A stretch of 64,000 nt of DNA from Halanaerobiales bacterium. GTDB taxonomy: Bacteria > Bacillota > Halanaerobiia > Halanaerobiales > M55B127. This document shows, one piece after another, positions 58,406-64,000 of this stretch (position 1 is its first letter; every line of letters starts with the position of its first letter). The notes under the pieces were generated by a model that saw only the letters and a program-made list of their open reading frames with translations, did no database searches and was not told the DNA's origin. The stretch spans positions 76,990 through 140,989 of the forward strand of contig JAXHLT010000003.1 in assembly GCA_034521955.1 (NCBI GenBank). Direction: 5' to 3'. Position numbers and translations under genes: made by a program.

Positions 58406-59684
58406 ATTTATACATACTGCCGATTTACATTTGGGCAGTAGAATAATGATTAATTTAAATAATTCTGATATAGATGAAAATATATATAATGCTGTATATA
58501 ATTCTTTTAAGAAAATAATTGATACAGCAATCGATTATTCAGTTGATTTTGTAATTATTTCAGGTGATATATTTGATAACGAGTCGCGTTCAGTAAAAGC
58601 TACTCGTTTTTTTATTAATCAATGTAATAGATTAGAGAAGGAAAATATAGATGTATATTTAATTAATGGGAACCATGATCCATATAAAAATAATGGGGAA
58701 TTATTTGAATTACCTAAAAATGTATATATTTGTGACACTGAAGGTGTAAGTACTTTTAATGTATATAAAAACGAAAAATTAATTGCAAGAGTATTAGGTC
58801 AGTCTTACAGAAGTTCATCAGAGAATAGAAAGATGTATACATATTATACAACTGATGATCAAAGTGTATATAATATTGGAATTTTACATACACAGTTAGA
58901 TCCCTATAATGATAACTATGTTCCAGTAACAAAAAATGAATTGTTAAGTAATGATAATATAGATTATTGGGCATTAGGTCATATACATGATAATAAGATT
59001 ATTAATGATGAAGAGCCGTTTATTGTATATCCCGGAAATCCTCAGGGAAGAGATATTGGAGAAACTGGTAAAAAAGGTTTTTATTTAGTACATTTAGATT
59101 CAACTGAAACTAAATTGCAATTTATTGAGACCTCAGATTATGAATATAAAAGAATTAAGATTGACTTATCGGGTATTAAAGAATCAAATTTAACCGAATT
59201 TAATAATTATATAGCAGATGAATTAGAAAACTTTTATAAAAATGCATCAAATAATATTAAAGGATATATTCTAAGAGTTATACTAGTTGGAAGAACAAAA
59301 GTTTATGAGCTTTTACAAGAACAAGAAAATGATATTTTAGAGGATGCTTTAGAAAATTTAAGAACTAAGTTTAGTAAAAAGACTCCATTATTATGGATAA
59401 ATGAGATAGAAAATAGAACTAATAAAGCTGTAGAAAATATTGAACAATTAATAAAAGAAGACCCATTTATCAATGATTTTATTGATTTTTTAAATAAATT
59501 TAAAACTGATCAAAAAAAGAAAAACAAATTAAAGAATAATATGGGAAACATTTGGAATTCTGAAGTTGATAATGAAAATATTGATTCAAAAGAATTTCAA
59601 ATTGATGAACAAACTTTTCAAGAGTTGTTATCACAGGTTAAAAAAGATATAATCAATGAATTTATTGAAAGAAGGGAAATTTAA
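58389..59684 (+). CDS. yhaO: Mre11/SbcD-like metallophosphoesterase (YhaO/SbcF-like DNA repair exonuclease)
   Basis: The calcineurin-like motifs are present: HTADLHLG, SGDIFD, GNHD, GHIH. It overlaps the upstream gene by 17 nt and has a TAATG junction with the downstream ATPase. Confidence 0.85.
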   Translation: MKPAVKFIHTADLHLGSRIMINLNNSDIDENIYNAVYNSFKKIIDTAIDYSVDFVIISGDIFDNESRSVKATRFFINQCNRLEKENIDVYLINGNHDPYKNNGELFELPKNVYICDTEGVSTFNVYKNEKLIARVLGQSYRSSSENRKMYTYYTTDDQSVYNIGILHTQLDPYNDNYVPVTKNELLSNDNIDYWALGHIHDNKIINDEEPFIVYPGNPQGRDIGETGKKGFYLVHLDSTETKLQFIETSDYEYKRIKIDLSGIKESNLTEFNNYIADELENFYKNASNNIKGYILRVILVGRTKVYELLQEQENDILEDALENLRTKFSKKTPLLWINEIENRTNKAVENIEQLIKEDPFINDFIDFLNKFKTDQKKKNKLKNNMGNIWNSEVDNENIDSKEFQIDEQTFQELLSQVKKDIINEFIERREI

Positions 59685-62519
59685 TGTTATACAAGGATAT
59701 ATACTTAAATGATTTTGGTATTTTTAATAATTCAAAAATAGAAAATTTAAATCCTTCTTTTAATATTATAGGTGGAGGTAATAGAGCAGGTAAAACAACC
59801 TTTCTTAAGGCTTTAAGATATATGGGTTTTGGCATACCTAATTCAAATTATATTCCCCCTGCTAGATCTTCATATAATTTAGAAGCAACTTTATTAGATA
59901 ATGGAGATAAATATAATTTATTAATCAATGGTTATGCAAAACCTAAGATAGATAAATTAAATTCTAATACAACAGATATTGAAAACATTTTTGGAGATAT
60001 TGATCAGTTTACATATAATCAGTTATTTACGATAACTTTAAAAGAACTAAAAAAGATTCCAGATGGTGTTAGTGATAAAGACAAATTAATGTCAATATTA
60101 ATGGGAGCAGGACTTAAGGAATATACGTTGATACCAAAATTAAGAGAAGATTATCTATCTAAAGCCTCAGATATTGGAGGAAAATACGGTAAAATAAATG
60201 TTGGTATGTTTAAAAGCTATAATCAGGCAATTAATGAGGGATTAAAGCAGAAAAAAGAGGCAAAATTACAAGTTGAAGAGTATTATAAATCAAAAACTTT
60301 ATTAGAAAATACGAATGAAGAAATAAAACAACTTGATCAAGAAAAAGCAAACTTAAATAAAGAAAAAATTAAGTTAGATTTATTAAATAGTAATTATGAA
60401 AAAATTGATGATCTGAAATTATTACAAAATGAAATAAAAAGCAATAGATTCGATGAAATAAAAGAAAATGAAGTTACATTCTATTCTGATATGGCTGAAG
60501 ATCTTTTTAATAAGTTTAAAAAAATAAGTGGTGAAATTAAAAAGAGTAAAGACGAATTTAAAGCGCAGACAGGTACTAATTATTGCAAAGAATTAGAAGA
60601 AAGTATTATCAAACATGAAAATACAATTGATAAATACTATAATCAAGTTTCCGGAATTAAAGAAAAAAAGAAAAATATTGCTGAAAGAAATAAAAATATT
60701 AAAAATAAATTTAATGATATAAAAAAAGAAGCTAACAATATTAGTAATAGTTTGTCAGATAATTTAAACTTATTGTTAGATATAACTGTTGAAATTGAAT
60801 ATAAAAATAAGTTAAGACAGTTGGTTAAAAATTATAACAATATAAGTGATAATATAAAATCAATAAGAGAACAAATCAATGATTTAACAAATAAAATAGA
60901 TGCTAAATCTGAAAGATTAGACAGAATAAAAGATAAGATTAATGATAAAAATAAAAGTAAAAATTATCTAATTTTTATAGTATTATTTACAGGATTAATT
61001 ACATGGCTAACTTTTATAAACCCTAGATTTGCAGGGCTATATATAATCGATCTTATAATATCCTATCTTTATTATAATAAAAAGAAAATAGAAGATAATA
61101 AGTTAATCAATTACAATGAAATTAATGCTGAGTTAGAGGAATTAAAAACTCAAGTCAATCAATTAGATCAAAAATTAATAGAACATAAATAAACAAAGAA
61201 GAAAAATTGATTTAGAACTGAATAAAATCAAAGAATCCTTATATTTAGATGAAAATATAGATCCTAATTTACTAAAAGATTATTACGAGGATTTGATATC
61301 CTTAAGAAGTAGATATAATGAATATCTAGATTTAAAAGAAGAGTATGATAACAAAAAACATAACTTCATAATAGAACTTAATAGCATTTATAAAGATATA
61401 TCAGACATTGATGTTAATATTTTACTGAAGGATGATAGTGAGAATCTCTTTGAAAATATTGATTTACTGATACAAAGTATTAACAAAGTATATGATATAA
61501 AGAATATGGTTAAAGCTATTAAAAGTAAAACAGATAGTTTAAAAGAAATAAAAAATAATTTACTTGAGTTAGAAGGAATGAAAACAATAAACTTAAAAGA
61601 ACAAAACATGCATCAAATTGTAGATCAATATTTAAATTTAGCAGAACTTAATAATAAATTAAATACAAAAATAGATAAGATAAATACAATTAAAAATCAA
61701 CTTACAAATTTAACTGAACAAATGAAGACAGCTTTTGATATTGAAGAAAAAGTAGACCAAGATGATATTATAAAAACGTTTATAAATTATTTCAATAAGT
61801 TTGTTTCCAAAAACCAATTAGAAGAAAAATATTTACAAACAAAAAAAGAATTAGAAAGCATAGAGACTAAAATTGAAGAGAATAAAAGAAAAAGAGAAGA
61901 AATCAAATTGAAAATGGATAATATGGCTAGTGAAGAAAAAATAATTCAAGCAGAACAAAAAATAAATAATGCCAGAAGTAATATGAGACCACTTGCTGAA
62001 AAATATGCTAAAAATAAAATGTCATCATATATTTTAAACAGGTTTTGGGAAAAGTTTCTAAAAGAGAAAAAAGATAATCTATTAAATAAAGCAAGTAATA
62101 TTATGAAAGAAATAACAAATGGTGAATATGAAAAGATTGAACCAAAAGAAAATCTAACTAGCCTTGACTTTAAAATATATAGCAGAGAGGGAGAAGTTAT
62201 AGATGAGATAAACAATTTAAGTCGCGGAACAATTGAGCAGCTTTATATGGCAATAAGAATAAATAGAATTATGGATATAAACCCTGCTTTACCAGTGATA
62301 ATTGATGACTCATTAGTTAATTTTGATTCTAAACATTTAAGAAACATATTTGATATAATCAATAATTTAAAAAATAGGAATCAAATTTTCTTTCTGACCT
62401 GTCATCCTGAACAAATTGATTATCTAGAAGAGAAAATAGATGATAAGAATTATTATTTATTAGATAAAGGTAGGTTTAACCAGGTAAGTAAAACTAATTT
62501 AATTACACATTTAAAATAA
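59684..62519 (+). pseudogene. yhaN: Rad50/SbcC-like AAA ATPase (YhaN/SbcE-like), interrupted by a +1 frameshift near 61185-61192
   Basis: The track splits it into 59684..61192 and 61293..62519. The N-terminal Walker A is GGGNRAGKTT, followed by long coiled coils. The C-terminus has the signature LSRGTIEQLY and Walker B PVIIDDSLVNFD. The second frame is open from 61182 (NINKQRRKIDLELNKIKE...), so one extra base separates the halves. Confidence 0.85.
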
Positions 62520-62541
62520 TAAAAAGAAATTAGGTGAAATC

Positions 62542-62736
62542 ATGGAATTTTTTATAATATTATTTTTAGGAATGGGATTTTATTATTTATATAAAGAAGG
62601 CATTATAAATTTAAGTCCTAAAAAAGATGATGAAGAAACAAAAGCCTATGTTTTAAAAGAAGCTAAAAAGAAGTATGAAAATAACGAAATCAGTAAAGAT
62701 GAATATGAAAAAATTAGAAATGATATTGGTAAATAG
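62542..62736 (+). CDS. Small membrane-anchored SHOCT-domain protein
   Basis: It is 64 aa with an N-terminal TM segment (FFIILFLGMGFYYLY) and a C-terminal SHOCT-like ISKDEYEKIRNDI. Confidence 0.65.
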   Translation: MEFFIILFLGMGFYYLYKEGIINLSPKKDDEETKAYVLKEAKKKYENNEISKDEYEKIRNDIGK

Positions 62737-62757
62737 ATTATATAAGGGGGTTTTTGA

Positions 62758-64000
62758 ATGAAACCAAATATATTATATATCCATTCTCACGATACTGGAA
62801 GATATATTGAACCTTATGGTCATTTAATTCCAACACCGAATTTAAAAAAGTTAGCAAAAGAAGGGGTTCTATTTAGAAAAGCCTTTAGTGCAGCACCAAC
62901 TTGTTCACCGAGTAGGGCAAGTTTGTTGACTGGGCAATATCCACATAATAATAAACAGTTTGGATTAGTAAATAGAGGGTTTGAACTACCTGATACAAGT
63001 AAGCATATCGTTAATGTATTGAAAAATAAAGGTTATCTTTCCACATTAATAGGTATGCAGCATATACGAAGTAATCCAAATTCTATCGGTTATGATAATG
63101 TTCTTGATGTTAAAAATAATAATTCTGAAAACGTAACTCCAAAAGCATGTAAATTTATTGAAAAAAGTATTGAAGAGCCCTTCTTTTTAAGTATTGGTTT
63201 TGAAGAAACACACCGTCCTTTTCACGAGCTTGAAGATGATACAACTATAAATTATACTAATCCACCTACTCCCATACCAGATACTTATCAAACCCGTAAA
63301 GATATGGCCGAATATAAACAAAGTGCAAAAATTTTAGATCAGGGAATAGGGAAAATATTTAAAACATTGAAAGAAAATGATTTATATAATAATACAATTA
63401 TAATATTTACTACTGACCATGGAATACCTTTTCCTAATATGAAGTGTAATTTATCAGATCATGGTATAGGAGTATCTTTAATAATCAGAGGACCATATGG
63501 ATTTGAAAAAGGAAAAGTAATTGATTCAATGGTTTCTCAGATAGATATATTCCCAACTTTATGTGAAATTATCGGTATTAAAAAACCTGATTGGCTGCAA
63601 GGACAATCCTTTTTATCTTTAATAAAGGGTGATAAAGAAAGTATAAATGAAGAAATTTTTGCAGAGGTTAATTACCATACCGCTTATGAACCGATGCGTG
63701 CAGTTCGTACAAATAAATGGAAGTATATTAGAAGATATAGAAATCGTACAAAACCTTTTTTAAGCAATACTGATGAGAGTTATTCTAAAGATGTACTACT
63801 TGAAAATGATTGGGCAGATACTTATATTTATAAAGAAGAACTTTATAATTTAATGTTAGACCCTAATGAAGCAGATAATCTAGCTTATGATAAAACAAAA
63901 GCTGAAATATTAGAAGAAATGAGAAATAGATTAGATAGATGGATGAAAGAAACTGATGATCCTCTTGAAAATGGTCCTGTTCCAAGACCTGAAAGTGCAT
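62758..64000 (+). CDS. Sulfatase (Cys-type formylglycine motif), 3' end outside window
   Basis: ATG at 62758 follows AAGGGGG. It has the N-terminal HSHDTG metal site and the sulfatase signature CSPSRASLLTG. The frame is open to the window end. Confidence 0.85.
   Translation, partial: MKPNILYIHSHDTGRYIEPYGHLIPTPNLKKLAKEGVLFRKAFSAAPTCSPSRASLLTGQYPHNNKQFGLVNRGFELPDTSKHIVNVLKNKGYLSTLIGMQHIRSNPNSIGYDNVLDVKNNNSENVTPKACKFIEKSIEEPFFLSIGFEETHRPFHELEDDTTINYTNPPTPIPDTYQTRKDMAEYKQSAKILDQGIGKIFKTLKENDLYNNTIIIFTTDHGIPFPNMKCNLSDHGIGVSLIIRGPYGFEKGKVIDSMVSQIDIFPTLCEIIGIKKPDWLQGQSFLSLIKGDKESINEEIFAEVNYHTAYEPMRAVRTNKWKYIRRYRNRTKPFLSNTDESYSKDVLLENDWADTYIYKEELYNLMLDPNEADNLAYDKTKAEILEEMRNRLDRWMKETDDPLENGPVPRPESA

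Noticed and set aside
61193-61292. An apparent 100-nt intergenic gap, with an independent TTG start for the second half of yhaN.
   Set aside because: The gap is an uninterrupted coiled-coil-like reading frame continuous with the downstream ORF. There is no SD before TTG 61293. It is better explained by a frameshift in a single gene.

Overview
AT-rich window (roughly 30% G+C by eye, not computed) from a low-GC anaerobic Firmicutes-type chromosome (Clostridia/Halanaerobiales-like). About 60 genes, all but two on the + strand, many coupled by TAATG or 4-nt overlaps. No transposase, integrase, phage gene, CRISPR array or rRNA was seen. Layout: valS 3' end; an 11-gene purine operon (purD-E-B-C-S-Q-L-F-M-N-H) behind a tandem riboswitch leader; a miscellaneous block at 13.6-30.5 kb (oxidoreductase, YgeA-like racemase, lone FecCD permease, MogA-like protein, GH65 phosphorylase, two EamA transporters, DUF47-PiT, MFS, glgC, pdxK, tkt, cca, yuiD-like); folC plus a SPOR protein; rnfCDGEAB; a NusG-II/Hpre pair; maf-radC-mreBCD-mrdA-minCDE-rodA; a radical-SAM pair and RNase G; rplU-rpmA-obg-yhbY; an isomerase-like protein; an ABC-F ATPase; tRNA-Arg(CCG); an untracked 40-aa ORF; mnmM-like; yhaO/yhaN (SbcF/SbcE-like); a SHOCT protein; a sulfatase 5' end. 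I did not find a convincing new multi-gene system such as a defence island; the window is mostly housekeeping. The main points of interest are: (1) a guanine aptamer followed by a ykkC-subtype-2 (PRPP-type) aptamer sharing one terminator; (2) four conserved genes (folC, rnfB, minE, yhaN) each split by a single-base +1 frameshift at sites where the P-site codon can re-pair in +1; (3) three conserved genes (purH, minE, probably radC) whose conserved N-termini lie upstream of any ATG/GTG/TTG, implying ATT/ATC starts; (4) a Rad50/SbcC-like ATPase with a predicted membrane hairpin where the coiled-coil apex should be; (5) a self-contained small gene next to the tRNA.
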